A stretch of DNA of 64,000 nt from an uncultured Selenomonadaceae bacterium (GTDB lineage: Bacteria > Bacillota > Negativicutes > Selenomonadales > Selenomonadaceae), in the NCBI GenBank assembly GCA_905234235.1, contig CAJOHN010000008.1, positions 97,406 to 161,405 on the forward strand, written 5' to 3'. Numbering within the stretch: the stretch's first letter is position 1; every line of letters starts with the position of its first letter. Shown piece after piece: positions 38,969 through 49,805 of this stretch. The position numbers were made by a program, and so were the translations under genes. Below the pieces are notes generated by a model, which saw only the letters and a list, made by a program, of their open reading frames with translations, ran no database searches and was not told the origin of the DNA.

Positions 38969-40906
38969 TTAGAAATTGACAATCGCGCTGAAGTCTTGAG
39001 CTTTGAGGCTCGCGCCGCCGACCAATGCGCCGTCAACGTTAGGTTGTTGCATGAGGTCTTTAATCGTTGCAGGTTTAACCGAGCCGCCGTATTGAATGCG
39101 AATCGCGTCCGCCGCTTCTTGCCCGAACTTCTTAGCAACAGCTTCGCGGATAGCTTTGCAGACTTCCTCAGCCTGTTCAAAGGTTGCAGTTTTGCCGGTG
39201 CCAATCGCCCAAATCGGCTCGTAAGCGATAACGAGTTTCTTGACTTCCGCAGGCGTGAATCCGTCAAGGTCTTTCTCAATCTGTCCGACGACGTGAGCAA
39301 TATAAGTATTAGCCTCGCGAATTTCAAGCGGTTCGCCACAGCAGATTATCGGGGTAATGCCCGCGTTGAAAGCAGCTTTGGCACGTTTGTTGACGCCTTC
39401 ATCAGTCTCGCCGAAATAATCGCGACGTTCGCTGTGTCCGAGAATGACATAATCAACGCCAATCTCATTGAGCATGCCGGTAGAAATTTCGCCGGTGAAT
39501 GCGCCTTTGGCTTCCCAGTGAACGTTCTGCGCGGCAACGTGAATGTTGGTGGATTTAACAGCCGCCGCAACAGCCGCAAGCGCAGTAGCAGTCGGAGCAA
39601 CGACAACGCGGCACTCAGCATTTTTAACGAGCGGAATCAATTCTTCGACGAGCGCGACGCCCTGTTTAATGGTGTTGTTCATCTTCCAGTTGCCCGCGAT
39701 AATCGGAGTGCGTCCGACGCCGTCAATCGCGTCAATGCCGGGCAGAACTTTGCCTTCGAGGTATTCGAGGGTTGCGCCGCCGCCGGTGGAGATATGGGAA
39801 ATTTTCTTATCGAGACCGGTTTTCTTCAACGCCGCAATGGAGTCGCCGCCACCGACGATTGAAATCGCGCCTTTCTCAGTAGCTTCAGCGACAGCCGCCG
39901 CAACTGCGAGCGTGCCTTTAGCGAAGTTATCAAATTCAAAGACGCCCATAGGTCCGTTCCAAATAATCGTCTTCGCGCCTTCGAGGGCTTTGACGTATTC
40001 TTCGGAAGTCTTTTCGCCGCTGTCGAGACCCATCCAATCATCGGGGCACTGGTCAACGGGAACAGTTTTGAACTCTGCATCAGCCGCAAATTTATTGGCA
40101 ACGACGAGATCAACGGGCAGGACAACTTTAACGCCCTTAGCCGCCGCTTTTTCGAGCAGGGATTTAGCGAGTTCAATCTTATCCGCTTCGAGGAGAGATT
40201 TGCCGACGCCGTAACCTTTAGCCTTGTCGAAGGTGTGAGCCATGCCGCCGCCGATAATAATCGTATCGACTTTGTCAATCATGTTGCTGATGACGCCGAT
40301 TTTATCGGAAACTTTCGCGCCGCCGATGATGCCGACGAACGGACGTTGCGGAGCCTCAAGGGTCTTGCCGATGTAGTTAATTTCTTTTTCCATGAGGAAA
40401 CCGGAAGCGGTTTCGAGGAAATGGGTAATGCCGACATTGGAGGCGTGAGCGCGGTGAGCCATGCCGAATGCGTCATTAACAGCGATGTCAGCGAGTGCGG
40501 CGAGTTGTTTCGCGAACTTGGGATTGTTTTTCTTTTCTTCCTTGTGATAGCGAAGGTTCTCAAGCAAGAGAATTTCGCCGGGTTGGAGAGCGGCGGCGGC
40601 TTTTTCTGCGGGTTCGCCAATGCAATCTTCTGCCCATTTGACTTCGCGTCCGAGAATTTCAGCGAGTTTCTTAGCGATAGGTTTGGTGGAGAATTTGGGC
40701 TCGCGAGCTTCGGTGGGTCTGCCGAGATGGCAACCGATAATTACAGCCGCGCCCTGTTCAAGCAGATAGTTGAGAGTCGGGAGCGTCGCGTCAATGCGTT
40801 TGGTATTGGTGATGTTCTGGTTTTCGTCCATAGGAACGTTGTAGTCGACGCGAAGGAATACCTTTTTGCCTTTCAAGTTGATGTCGCGAATGTTTTTCTT
40901 GTTCAT
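38969..40906 (-). CDS. pgk-tpiA: In-frame phosphoglycerate kinase-triosephosphate isomerase fusion
   Basis: PGK ([30 protein letters not shown]) followed by TIM ([37 protein letters not shown]). Confidence 0.97.
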   Translation of the reverse strand: MNKKNIRDINLKGKKVFLRVDYNVPMDENQNITNTKRIDATLPTLNYLLEQGAAVIIGCHLGRPTEAREPKFSTKPIAKKLAEILGREVKWAEDCIGEPAEKAAAALQPGEILLLENLRYHKEEKKNNPKFAKQLAALADIAVNDAFGMAHRAHASNVGITHFLETASGFLMEKEINYIGKTLEAPQRPFVGIIGGAKVSDKIGVISNMIDKVDTIIIGGGMAHTFDKAKGYGVGKSLLEADKIELAKSLLEKAAAKGVKVVLPVDLVVANKFAADAEFKTVPVDQCPDDWMGLDSGEKTSEEYVKALEGAKTIIWNGPMGVFEFDNFAKGTLAVAAAVAEATEKGAISIVGGGDSIAALKKTGLDKKISHISTGGGATLEYLEGKVLPGIDAIDGVGRTPIIAGNWKMNNTIKQGVALVEELIPLVKNAECRVVVAPTATALAAVAAAVKSTNIHVAAQNVHWEAKGAFTGEISTGMLNEIGVDYVILGHSERRDYFGETDEGVNKRAKAAFNAGITPIICCGEPLEIREANTYIAHVVGQIEKDLDGFTPAEVKKLVIAYEPIWAIGTGKTATFEQAEEVCKAIREAVAKKFGQEAADAIRIQYGGSVKPATIKDLMQQPNVDGALVGGASLKAQDFSAIVNF

Positions 40907-40941
40907 TAGAAAACCTCCCTATAAGTTTAACCCACTAATCG

Positions 40942-40981
40942 AAAACGACCCGGCTCAACATTGACGAAGAGCCGAGCCGTC
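40942..40981 (-). terminator. Hairpin after gap (attenuator or stabiliser)
   Basis: Minus strand GACGGCTCGGCTC...GAGCCGGGTCGTTTT. Confidence 0.65.
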
Positions 40982-41011
40982 ACATTTTTAATCGTGTTTA
41001 GTTGCTAGTGA

Positions 41012-42040
41012 TTACTTAAGTTCCGCGAAGTACTTAATCGTGCGAACCATCTGGCTGGTGTAGGAGTTCTCGTTGTCATACCAAGAAACGACTTGAACGA
41101 GGGTATTGCCGTCGCCGATTGGGCTGACCATAGTCTGGGTTGCGTCGAAGAGCGAGCCGAATTTCATGCCGATGATGTCGCTGGAGACGATTTCTTCTTC
41201 GTTGTAGCCGAAGGATTCATTAGCCGCCGCTTTCATGGCTTCGTTGATTTGTTCTTTAGTGACTTCGCCTTTGACAACCGCAAAGAGGAGAGTGGTCGAG
41301 CCGGTCGGGGTCGGGACGCGCTGAGCTGCGCCGATGAGTTTGCCCTTGAGTTCGGGGATAACCAAGCCGATAGCTTTAGCTGCGCCGGTGCTGTTCGGGA
41401 CGATGTTGCATGCGCCTGCGCGGGAGCGACGGAGGTCACCTTTACGCTGCGGACCGTCGAGGATCATTTGGTCGCCGGTGTAAGCGTGAATGGTAGCCAT
41501 AATGCCGCTTTGAATCGGAGCGAGTTTGTGGAGAGCCTGAGTCATCGGAGCCAAGCAGTTGGTGGTACAAGAAGCCGCCGAAAGGACTTTCACGTCGGGG
41601 GTAAGGGTTTGATGGTTGACGTTGTAAACGATAGTCGGGAGGTCATTGCCGGCAGGAGCCGAAATAACGACTTTCTTCGCGCCAGCTGCCAAGTGAGCCG
41701 AAGCTTTGTCTTTGCTGGTGTAGAAACCGGTGCACTCGAGGACGACGTCAACTTCATGTTTGCCCCAAGGAATTTCTTTTGCGTCTTTGATGGCGTAGAT
41801 GATGATCTCTTTGCCGTCGACGACGATAGAATTCTCTTTAGCCTCAACCGTGTGTTTGCCTTCGCCGATCTTGCCGCAGAAACCGCCCTGAGCGGTATCA
41901 TACTTGAGAAGGTGAGCGAGCATCTTCGGGCTGGTGAGGTCGTTAATCGCGACAACCTCATAACCCTCTGCGTCGAACATCTGACGGAACGCAAGACGAC
42001 CAATACGACCGAAACCATTGATAGCAACTTTAACAGCCAT
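41012..42040 (-). CDS. gap: Glyceraldehyde-3-phosphate dehydrogenase
   Basis: [24 protein letters not shown]. Confidence 0.98.
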   Translation of the reverse strand: MAVKVAINGFGRIGRLAFRQMFDAEGYEVVAINDLTSPKMLAHLLKYDTAQGGFCGKIGEGKHTVEAKENSIVVDGKEIIIYAIKDAKEIPWGKHEVDVVLECTGFYTSKDKASAHLAAGAKKVVISAPAGNDLPTIVYNVNHQTLTPDVKVLSAASCTTNCLAPMTQALHKLAPIQSGIMATIHAYTGDQMILDGPQRKGDLRRSRAGACNIVPNSTGAAKAIGLVIPELKGKLIGAAQRVPTPTGSTTLLFAVVKGEVTKEQINEAMKAAANESFGYNEEEIVSSDIIGMKFGSLFDATQTMVSPIGDGNTLVQVVSWYDNENSYTSQMVRTIKYFAELK

Positions 42041-42100
42041 TAAAAATACCTCCCTATACACTGTAGAAACTCTTGAAAAATAAGCCTCAACTTGCCGCTA

Positions 42101-42129
42101 ATGTTACACCAAAAGTTTTTGAGTGTCAA
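42101..42129 (-). promoter_or_regulatory. Sigma-70 promoter of the gap operon
   Basis: Minus strand TTGACA-N17-TAACAT. Confidence 0.65.
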
Positions 42130-42177
42130 CAAATTTTCGGAACATTTTTATTTCAGTCTCGTTTCATAAAAGTATGT

Positions 42178-42206
42178 TTGCAAATTCAAAATCACTATGC
42201 TATAAT
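42178..42206 (+). promoter_or_regulatory. Sigma-70 promoter of the GT2 gene
   Basis: TTGCAA-N17-TATAAT with an extended -10 TG. Confidence 0.7.
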
Positions 42207-42239
42207 TTCCCAAAAATTTTTCAGATATGGAGAATGCAA

Positions 42240-44552
42240 ATGGAAAAGGAAACTAAGAAAACCAAATCCAAGAAGAAAGTTACAACCGTTGAGGCGGTCG
42301 CGCCTGTCACTAAAAAGAAAAAATCCGCGCCCGTTGTCCCTGTCGCCGAGCCCGAAGTTAAAAAGAAAAAAACTGCGTCGGCTGTCAAGAAGAAAAAATC
42401 CTCTACCGAATCCGTCGAGCCTGCACCGGTAGCGGCTCCGAGTTTGCCGGGCGTATCCGTTATCATTCCGATGTACAATTCTGCGCGGTACATTCTTACC
42501 TGCTTAACGAGCGTCCTTAATCAGACGTTCAAAAACTTTGAGGTTATTTGCGTTGATGATGCTTCGACCGACAACACGGTTGAAATTGTTAAAAAGTTCG
42601 CCGCAAGAGACGGCAGGATTAAAGTCATTCGCCTTTCCAAAAATTCGGGCGGAGCCAGTGAGCCGCGCAACACCGGTATAAAACTAAGTCGCGGAAAATA
42701 TATCGCCTTCCTCGACGCCGACGATATGTACACCAAAACCGCCCTCGAAGAACTTTATACCCTTGCCGAAAAATGGCGTGCAGATGTCGTTCATACCGAG
42801 CAAGTTTACTTCCCTGAAAATAAAACAATCGACGTGACACCCGAAACAAAATTCACGACATTTAGCAAGGAAACCGGCGGCTTTTGTAAGGAGCCGATGC
42901 TTGAAACCGATAACCTCGCCAAGCGCGTGCAGATGTTCTATCAAGGACGTTTCTTCGGCTGGGTTCACAATAAACTTTATCGCCGCGATTTCTTGATGGG
43001 CAAAAATATTTATTTCGACAAACTCCTGACTTCCGAAGATATAATTTTCTATTTCAAAGTCATTTGCACTGCGCCGCGTATCGTTCGCGTCCCGAACATT
43101 GTTTATATTTATCGCAACAATCCCGATTCAATTACGCGCAAAATGGTTACCGTCGAACAATCTTTGCACGCCTTGACGCACCTTATGGTTGAAGGCTCAA
43201 AGATTATGGATGATTTTATGGGCGGTTTTGATTTCTTTGTGAAAAATCCCGGTTATCGTCAGTTGCCGGTTGATTATATCGTTCAGCAGCATTTGATTTG
43301 GACGCAAAAATTTTACGAGAAATACACAACCGCGCAACTCGACGAAGCCGTCCGCAACGAAATTAAAAAATATTGCGGAGAGTTCACGCCGTTCTTTGCT
43401 TACCTTTACAATGCCATTCACACTTACCGCCGCAAACTTACCAAGCATAACGAGGAAGTTAAAGAATTATCGGCGCAGAATAATGCCGTCAGCAAAATGC
43501 CGCTCGTCAGTGTCGTTATCCCCGTTTACAACGCGGCAAAATTTATTCCGCAAGCACTCGGTAGCCTTTTCTATCAAACCATGCAAGATTTTGAGGTTGT
43601 CGTTGTTGATGATGGCTCGACAGATAACAGCGTTGAAGTCGTCGAGAATTTGGCGAAGAAATTTAACGGGCGAATTCGCCTCATCAGGTTGCCGGAAAAT
43701 TCAGGGACGCCCGCCGCGCCGCGTAATCGTGGCATTCAAGCCGCTCGCGGAAAATATATCGCTTTCCTCGACGCTGACGATTTGCTTACCAAAACCGCTC
43801 TTGAAGAATTAACCAAGCTCGCTGAAAAATCGCAGGCTGATGTCGTTCGCTTGCAAAACAACGTCGTTTTATGGGGCGGTAAAATGCGTCCTGTCAACGC
43901 GCCGGGAATAACCGACTTTGCCGCGCTGACTAATCCTCAAAATTTCACGGGACAAACTTATTACAAGAACAGACTGACTCAGCCGACTTTAGAATCTCCG
44001 AATGTCGGCGAACGCGTCAAGAGATGGTTAAGTTTCACGCCGAATAATTTCTGCGCGGCTTGGCTCCAATTCTGCCGTCGCGACTTCCTTATCGACAATC
44101 AAATTTTCTTCGCCAAGAGTGAGGAAGTTTCATTTGCATTCAAGGCGTTCTGCCTCGCGAAGAATTATCTTAACGCGCCCAATGCCGTCAACATTATCAG
44201 ACCGTTGGAAGGTTCATTCACGCGCCAGAGAATCAATCGCCCCGAATACTTCCAAGAAAAAGTTCAGACTTTGAATGAAGGCTTCGGCAGTTTCAAAGCC
44301 GTTATGGACAAAATCAGTTTCTTCAAAGAGCACGAGGATTATCGCTACGGGGTTCTTGATTGGTTTGCTAATTATGTGATTCAGAGCACGCTGATTTTCT
44401 ACGCGCAGAATCCCACCTTCAAGCTTAACGGGCTTATCGAAGATAAATTCAATGACGACACGCCGCTTGCCGCTTACTTGTTTAATGCGGTCAATCAGCA
44501 TCGCCTGCAGATTTTGAAACTTCAACGGGAACTCGCCACGCTTAAGAAATAA
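42240..44552 (+). CDS. Tandem double GT2 glycosyltransferase with a Lys-rich N-terminal extension
   Basis: Two VSV(I/V)IPxYN..DDxSTD..RNxG..GKYIAFLDADD domains. Confidence 0.92.
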   Translation: MEKETKKTKSKKKVTTVEAVAPVTKKKKSAPVVPVAEPEVKKKKTASAVKKKKSSTESVEPAPVAAPSLPGVSVIIPMYNSARYILTCLTSVLNQTFKNFEVICVDDASTDNTVEIVKKFAARDGRIKVIRLSKNSGGASEPRNTGIKLSRGKYIAFLDADDMYTKTALEELYTLAEKWRADVVHTEQVYFPENKTIDVTPETKFTTFSKETGGFCKEPMLETDNLAKRVQMFYQGRFFGWVHNKLYRRDFLMGKNIYFDKLLTSEDIIFYFKVICTAPRIVRVPNIVYIYRNNPDSITRKMVTVEQSLHALTHLMVEGSKIMDDFMGGFDFFVKNPGYRQLPVDYIVQQHLIWTQKFYEKYTTAQLDEAVRNEIKKYCGEFTPFFAYLYNAIHTYRRKLTKHNEEVKELSAQNNAVSKMPLVSVVIPVYNAAKFIPQALGSLFYQTMQDFEVVVVDDGSTDNSVEVVENLAKKFNGRIRLIRLPENSGTPAAPRNRGIQAARGKYIAFLDADDLLTKTALEELTKLAEKSQADVVRLQNNVVLWGGKMRPVNAPGITDFAALTNPQNFTGQTYYKNRLTQPTLESPNVGERVKRWLSFTPNNFCAAWLQFCRRDFLIDNQIFFAKSEEVSFAFKAFCLAKNYLNAPNAVNIIRPLEGSFTRQRINRPEYFQEKVQTLNEGFGSFKAVMDKISFFKEHEDYRYGVLDWFANYVIQSTLIFYAQNPTFKLNGLIEDKFNDDTPLAAYLFNAVNQHRLQILKLQRELATLKK

Positions 44553-44559
44553 CAATTCC

Positions 44560-44588
44560 TTGACATAAAAATTTCTCCGTCATATTAT
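44560..44588 (+). promoter_or_regulatory. Sigma-70 promoter of the MATE-rib operon, overlapping the upstream terminator hairpin
   Basis: TTGACA-N17-TATTAT overlapping TCTCCGTC..GGCGGAGA plus T-run. Confidence 0.6.
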
Positions 44589-44617
44589 CGGCGGAGATTT
44601 TTTTTAGGAGAATTTCT

Positions 44618-45979
44618 ATGCAAGCTCAAGATAACGGCGCAGTCAAAGATTTAACGGTCGGGGAACCTGCGCGGCTGATTTTTTATTTTACGTTACCGCT
44701 GTTGGCGGGCAATGTTTTTCAGCAACTGTTCGGATTCGTCGACACGCTGATAGTCGGCAGATATTTAGGCGTTGAGGCATTGGCGGCAGTCGGTTGCACG
44801 GGTTCGCTGATGTTTTTAATGTTAGGATTCGTCGGCGGCATGACCAGCGGCTTTTCGATTTGCACGGGACAAAGTTTTGGCGCGAAAAATTTTGACGGCG
44901 TGCGGAAGAGTGCGGCAATTTGTATCGGGTTGAGTTTTGCGGCGTCGGTTGTGCTGACGGTTATCGGCGTAACTTTTTGCCGAGATTTATTAATCGCGAT
45001 GGACACTCCGCCCGAAATTTTAGACGGCGCGTACGATTTTATTTCAATCGTTTATGGCGGCGTCGTGATGTTTGTCTTCCTGCAAATGTTGACGAATTTA
45101 ATCCGTGCGCTCGGCGATAGTAAAATGCCGACGGTTATTCAAGCGGTGACGCTTTGCATAAATATTCTACTTGAACCGGTTGCGATTATCGGCTTGGATT
45201 TAGGGATACCGGGCTCGGCGGCGGCTACGATTGTTGCTTTGACTCTCGGAAATATTTTGTGCATCGTCTACATTAAAAAGCGCGTGCCTTATCTTCATGT
45301 AACCCGCGCAGATTTCAAGTTCGACAAGGAATTTTTAATTGAGCATATGAAAATCGGCTTGCCAATGGGTTTTCAATCGTCAATCATAGCGATAGGCGCG
45401 GTCGTATTGCAAATTGCATTAAACGGATTGGGAAGCGTGGCAGTAGCTGCATTCGCGGCGGCGCACAGAGTTGACGGGATAGCCGTAATGCCGATGATGT
45501 CATTCGGCGTGGCGATGGCGGCTTACACGGCGCAGAACTTCGGAGCTAAACAATTCGGGCGAATCGTCGACGGCGTAAAAAAATGCGTTTTGATGTCGTG
45601 TTCGTTCAGCGTATTGGTCGCGGTGTTCAATATTTATTTGGGCGCGGAGATAATTGAATTATTCGTGGGCGCGGAGGCGGTACAAGTCATTGAGTACGGG
45701 CGGCTGTTTTTAATCATCACGGGCATATCGTATTGGGCGTTGGCGTTGCTGTTTATTTTTAGGTTCACGTTGCAAGGATTAGGGCAGAGTTTTGTTCCGA
45801 CGCTGGCGGGGATTGTCGAATTGGTAATGAGAATAGCGGCGGCGATTTTCTTAGTCGATTGGCTGGGATTTTTAGGCGCGTGTTTAGCGGCACCGATGGC
45901 TTGGATAGGCGGGCTGTTGCCGTTAGCGGTTGCGTTCTTCATGACTTCGAGAAAACTTTTGCGAGGTGAAAAATTTTGA
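44618..45979 (+). CDS. MATE family efflux transporter
   Basis: LPLLAGNVFQQL..VDTLIVG, RALGDSKMP, QNFGAK; multi-TM. Confidence 0.93.
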   Translation: MQAQDNGAVKDLTVGEPARLIFYFTLPLLAGNVFQQLFGFVDTLIVGRYLGVEALAAVGCTGSLMFLMLGFVGGMTSGFSICTGQSFGAKNFDGVRKSAAICIGLSFAASVVLTVIGVTFCRDLLIAMDTPPEILDGAYDFISIVYGGVVMFVFLQMLTNLIRALGDSKMPTVIQAVTLCINILLEPVAIIGLDLGIPGSAAATIVALTLGNILCIVYIKKRVPYLHVTRADFKFDKEFLIEHMKIGLPMGFQSSIIAIGAVVLQIALNGLGSVAVAAFAAAHRVDGIAVMPMMSFGVAMAAYTAQNFGAKQFGRIVDGVKKCVLMSCSFSVLVAVFNIYLGAEIIELFVGAEAVQVIEYGRLFLIITGISYWALALLFIFRFTLQGLGQSFVPTLAGIVELVMRIAAAIFLVDWLGFLGACLAAPMAWIGGLLPLAVAFFMTSRKLLRGEKF

Positions 45980-47058
45980 CGGACGAAATTTTTATGCGGG
46001 AAGCGTTGAGGGTAGCGCGGAATGCTGAGGGGCGAACTTCGCCGAATCCGTTAGTTGGGGCGGTTATCGTCAAGCATGGGAAAATTATCGCGGAGGGTTG
46101 GCATAGAAAAGCGGGGACGCCTCACGCAGAAATTCACGCGTTGAACATGGCGGGCGAGCTTGCAAAAGATTCTACGCTTTACGTGACGTTGGAACCGTGT
46201 TCGCATTTCGGGAGGACGCCGCCTTGTGCAAATAAAATTGTCGACGCGGGGATTAAAAAAGTTGTTGCGGCGATGAAAGATCCGAATCCTAAAGTTGCGG
46301 GGCGCGGCTTTGAAATTTTAAGGACAGCCGGCGTCGAGGTTGAAGTTGGAATTTTAGAGGCGGAGGCGCAAAAACTTAACGAGGTTTTTATAAAATGGGT
46401 GACGAAAAATTTGCCGTTCGTGACGATGAAATTTGCTTGCTCACTCGACGGGAAAATTGCTACGGTCGGCGGCGAATCTCAATGGATAAGTTGCGAGGCG
46501 TCGAGGAAATTCACTCATCACCTGCGCGACATCAACGACGCAATTTTAGTTGGGATTGGAACTGTGCTTGCCGATAATCCGAGCTTGACGACGCGATTAG
46601 TTGACGGGAAAAATCCTGTTCGCGTGATTGTCGACAGCAACGCCAAAATTCCGCTTGACGCAAAAGTTTTAGATAAATCTGCGCGGACAATAATCGCGAC
46701 GACTGAGAATGCTTCGCGTGAAAAAATTTCTGCACTTAAAAATCGCGGCCTCGAAATAATTTTTGCGGGCGACGGTGAACGCGTTGACTTGAAAATTTTA
46801 ATGGAAAAGTTAGCCGCGCAGGAGATAACTTCGATATTGGTTGAGGGCGGCGGCACGATTAATTTTTCTATGCTGAAAGCGGGGCTTGTCGATAAAATTT
46901 TTGCGTTCGTCGCGCCAAAGATTATCGGTGGTAAAAATGCGCTGACGGCGGTTGAAGGCGCGGGCTTTGAAAAATTATTGGAGGCGGTCGCGTTGAAAAA
47001 TTTAACGGCTGAACGTCTCGGCGAAGATATTTTAATCAGCGGTTACACGGAGGCTTGA
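45976..47058 (+). CDS. ribD: Riboflavin biosynthesis deaminase/reductase RibD
   Basis: PNPLVGAV, HAE, TLEPCSHFGRTPPC, SLDGKIA, VEGGG. Confidence 0.97.
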   Translation: MTDEIFMREALRVARNAEGRTSPNPLVGAVIVKHGKIIAEGWHRKAGTPHAEIHALNMAGELAKDSTLYVTLEPCSHFGRTPPCANKIVDAGIKKVVAAMKDPNPKVAGRGFEILRTAGVEVEVGILEAEAQKLNEVFIKWVTKNLPFVTMKFACSLDGKIATVGGESQWISCEASRKFTHHLRDINDAILVGIGTVLADNPSLTTRLVDGKNPVRVIVDSNAKIPLDAKVLDKSARTIIATTENASREKISALKNRGLEIIFAGDGERVDLKILMEKLAAQEITSILVEGGGTINFSMLKAGLVDKIFAFVAPKIIGGKNALTAVEGAGFEKLLEAVALKNLTAERLGEDILISGYTEA

Positions 47059-47672
47059 ACTTGGACATAAAAAAAGAACTGCCACATTTTTATATCGGCA
47101 ACTCATTGGGCGGGCAACAGGAATGGTATTCGCGAATCACAGATTTTGGAATGCACGTCGGCGGTTGCGCGGCGATAACGGCTTGCGACTGCGCAATTTA
47201 CTTTGAAAAATATTTTAATCTGCGCGGCTTGTACCCTTTTGATTTGGAAAAAATTTCGCGCGAAGATTATTTGCGCTTCGGAAAAATTATGGAGCCGTAT
47301 TTATATCCGCGTTGGTCGGGCGTCGACAAGTTGGAAATTTATCTTGACGGCTTCGGAAATTTTTTGAGAGACAGAGGCGTTAAAATAAAAATGCGCGGTT
47401 GGAGCGGCGAAAATAATTTCTTGGAGACTTGCAAGATAATTTCCGCGCAAATTGACGCCGGTTATCCTCTGCCGTGTTTGAATTTGAATCATCAGGCGCG
47501 GATTTTGCAGGATTATGTTTGGCACTGGTTTATTTTGAACGGCTACGAAATTCGCGACGAAAAATTTTTCGTCAAGGCGGTTTCATATGGGATTGGACGT
47601 TGGTTTGACTTCGCGACTTTGTGGGATACGGGTTACGAGCGGAAAGGCGGGCTGATTCTGTTTGAAATTTGA
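47055..47672 (+). CDS. Hypothetical protein, possibly papain/C39-like Cys-His fold
   Basis: GGCAAITA and WHWFILNGY motifs; coupled to ribD. Confidence 0.7.
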   Translation: MNLDIKKELPHFYIGNSLGGQQEWYSRITDFGMHVGGCAAITACDCAIYFEKYFNLRGLYPFDLEKISREDYLRFGKIMEPYLYPRWSGVDKLEIYLDGFGNFLRDRGVKIKMRGWSGENNFLETCKIISAQIDAGYPLPCLNLNHQARILQDYVWHWFILNGYEIRDEKFFVKAVSYGIGRWFDFATLWDTGYERKGGLILFEI

Positions 47673-47943
47673 CTGCGACAGGTGCGGCGCGTGTTGCAAA
47701 AATATTCGGCTCTCGAATTTCTCTGCTGAATTGGACAGGGGCGACGGCGTCTGCAAATATTTGACGGCAGAAAATCTTTGTGCGATTTACGACGAACGAC
47801 CAATTTTCTGCAACGTCGACGCTTACTACGAAAAATTTTTATCGGATAAAATGAGCCGCGCAGATTTCCATAAAATAAATCATTCGGCGTGCGAAAAACT
47901 TAAAAAAAATTTGACAGCGCAAGTTAATCGTGCTATTTTTTAG
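47662..47943 (+). CDS. YkgJ-family cysteine-cluster protein
   Basis: CDRCGACC...CKYL...LCAIYDERPIFC. Confidence 0.85.
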   Translation: MKFDCDRCGACCKNIRLSNFSAELDRGDGVCKYLTAENLCAIYDERPIFCNVDAYYEKFLSDKMSRADFHKINHSACEKLKKNLTAQVNRAIF

Positions 47944-47985
47944 TTGTTTGGAGCGTCAAGGCGATTAATTTTTACGGAGGAAAAA

Positions 47986-48600
47986 ATGTTCACGGGGATA
48001 ATAGAGGAAATTGGGCGGCTGAAAAATTTTGACGGCAGTCGAATAGAAATTGCGTGCGAAAAAATATTGGACGGCATAAAAATCGGCGACAGCATATCTG
48101 CGAACGGGATTTGCTTAACGGTTGTCGATTTCGGCGAGAATTATTTTGCGGCGGACGTTATGCCTGAAACTTTTCGTAAGACTTCGCTGGCGGATAAAAA
48201 TTTTAATCTTGAACGCGCTTTGAAGGTCGGCGATAAATTCGGCGGGCACATTGTCAGCGGGCACATCGACGGCGTCGGGAAAATTTTAAGCATTCAAGCC
48301 GAAGGCAACGCGCTCTTAATCGAAGTAAAAGCGGAAAGTAATTTGTTACGGCAAATCGCGGCGAAAGGCTCCGTTGCGCTCGACGGGATCAGTTTAACGG
48401 TTGTTGACGCGGGCGCGGAAAGTTTTTCAGTGTCGATGATACCGCACACCCGCGAAGTCACGAACTTTAAAACAAAACAAATCGGCTCGCTCGTCAACAT
48501 TGAAACGGACATTTTAGCAAAATACGTTGAGCGGCTGATGAATTTCAAAGAAACGCCGCCTATAACGCGAGGTTTCTTAGAGGAGCACGGATTTATATGA
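47986..48600 (+). CDS. ribE: Riboflavin synthase (alpha chain)
   Basis: [41 protein letters not shown]. Confidence 0.97.
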   Translation: MFTGIIEEIGRLKNFDGSRIEIACEKILDGIKIGDSISANGICLTVVDFGENYFAADVMPETFRKTSLADKNFNLERALKVGDKFGGHIVSGHIDGVGKILSIQAEGNALLIEVKAESNLLRQIAAKGSVALDGISLTVVDAGAESFSVSMIPHTREVTNFKTKQIGSLVNIETDILAKYVERLMNFKETPPITRGFLEEHGFI

Positions 48601-49805
48601 TTGAATTTGCGACGATTGAGCAGGCGATTGACGACATTAAACGCGGCAAAATGATTGTTGTTGTCGACGACGAAGACCGCGAAAACGAGGGCGATTTAAT
48701 TGTTGCCGCCGAAACCGTCACGCCCGCCGATATAAATTTCATGGCGACTTATGCTAAAGGTTTAATCTGCACGCCGATTGACGGCAAACGCCTCGACGAA
48801 CTCGGAATCGGGCAGATGGTTGAAAAAAATACCGATAATCACGAAACAGCGTTCACGGTATCGATTGACGCGTTCGACACTGAAACGGGTATCTCGGCTT
48901 ACGAACGTTGCCACACAATTAAAATGTTATTGAATCCCGAAGCTAAGCCGTCGAGTTTCCGCAAGCCGGGGCATGTTTTTCCGTTGCGTTCAGTCGAGGG
49001 CGGAGTTTTACGCCGCGCAGGTCACACCGAGACGACAACCGATTTGGCGCGGCTAGCGGGATTTTACCCTGCGGGGCTTTGTTGCGAGATTATGGACGAC
49101 GACGGGCATATGATGCGCACCGAAAATCTTAAAAAATTCGCGGCGAAACACGGGCTCAATATCATAACGGTTCGCGCTTTAATTGAGTATCGCAAACGCA
49201 CGGAGAAATTCGTAAGAAAAATCGCCGACGTGGATTTTCCCAGCAAGTACGGGCGTTTCAGATTGAAGGCTTACGAAAGCATTCTCGACGGCAAATGTCA
49301 TTTGGCTCTTGTTAAGGGCGATGTCGCGGGCAAGGAAAATGTTTTGGTTCGCGTTCATTCCGAATGTTTGACGGGCGACGCTTTAGGTTCGTTGCGTTGC
49401 GATTGCGGAGATCAACTTGCAACGGCTCTTCAAAAAATTGATTCGGCGGGCGAAGGCGTCTTGCTTTACATGCGGCAGGAAGGGCGCGGAATTGGTCTTG
49501 CCAATAAAATTCGCGCTTATGAGTTGCAAGATAAAGGTAATGATACAGTCGAGGCGAACATTTTACTTGGCTTTAAACCCGACTTGCGAGACTACGGCAT
49601 TGGAGCGCAAATTTTATCGGACTTGGGCTTGACGACGATAAAATTGCTGACGAACAACCCCGCCAAACGCGCAGGGCTTGAAGGACACGGCTTAACGATA
49701 ACCGAACGCGTACCGATAGTGATTGCGCCAACCAAATTCGATAAAAAATATCTCAGCGTCAAAAAGATAAAAATGGGACATGTATTCGAGGAGGAAAAAG
49801 AATGA
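48597..49805 (+). CDS. ribBA: DHBP synthase / GTP cyclohydrolase II
   Basis: [41 protein letters not shown]. Confidence 0.98.
   Translation: MIEFATIEQAIDDIKRGKMIVVVDDEDRENEGDLIVAAETVTPADINFMATYAKGLICTPIDGKRLDELGIGQMVEKNTDNHETAFTVSIDAFDTETGISAYERCHTIKMLLNPEAKPSSFRKPGHVFPLRSVEGGVLRRAGHTETTTDLARLAGFYPAGLCCEIMDDDGHMMRTENLKKFAAKHGLNIITVRALIEYRKRTEKFVRKIADVDFPSKYGRFRLKAYESILDGKCHLALVKGDVAGKENVLVRVHSECLTGDALGSLRCDCGDQLATALQKIDSAGEGVLLYMRQEGRGIGLANKIRAYELQDKGNDTVEANILLGFKPDLRDYGIGAQILSDLGLTTIKLLTNNPAKRAGLEGHGLTITERVPIVIAPTKFDKKYLSVKKIKMGHVFEEEKE

Noticed and set aside
38717..42043. Long plus-strand ORFs (38717-39862, 39543-40214, 40235-40909, 41093-42043) opposite pgk-tpi and gap
   Set aside because: Typical antisense shadows of highly biased, highly expressed genes
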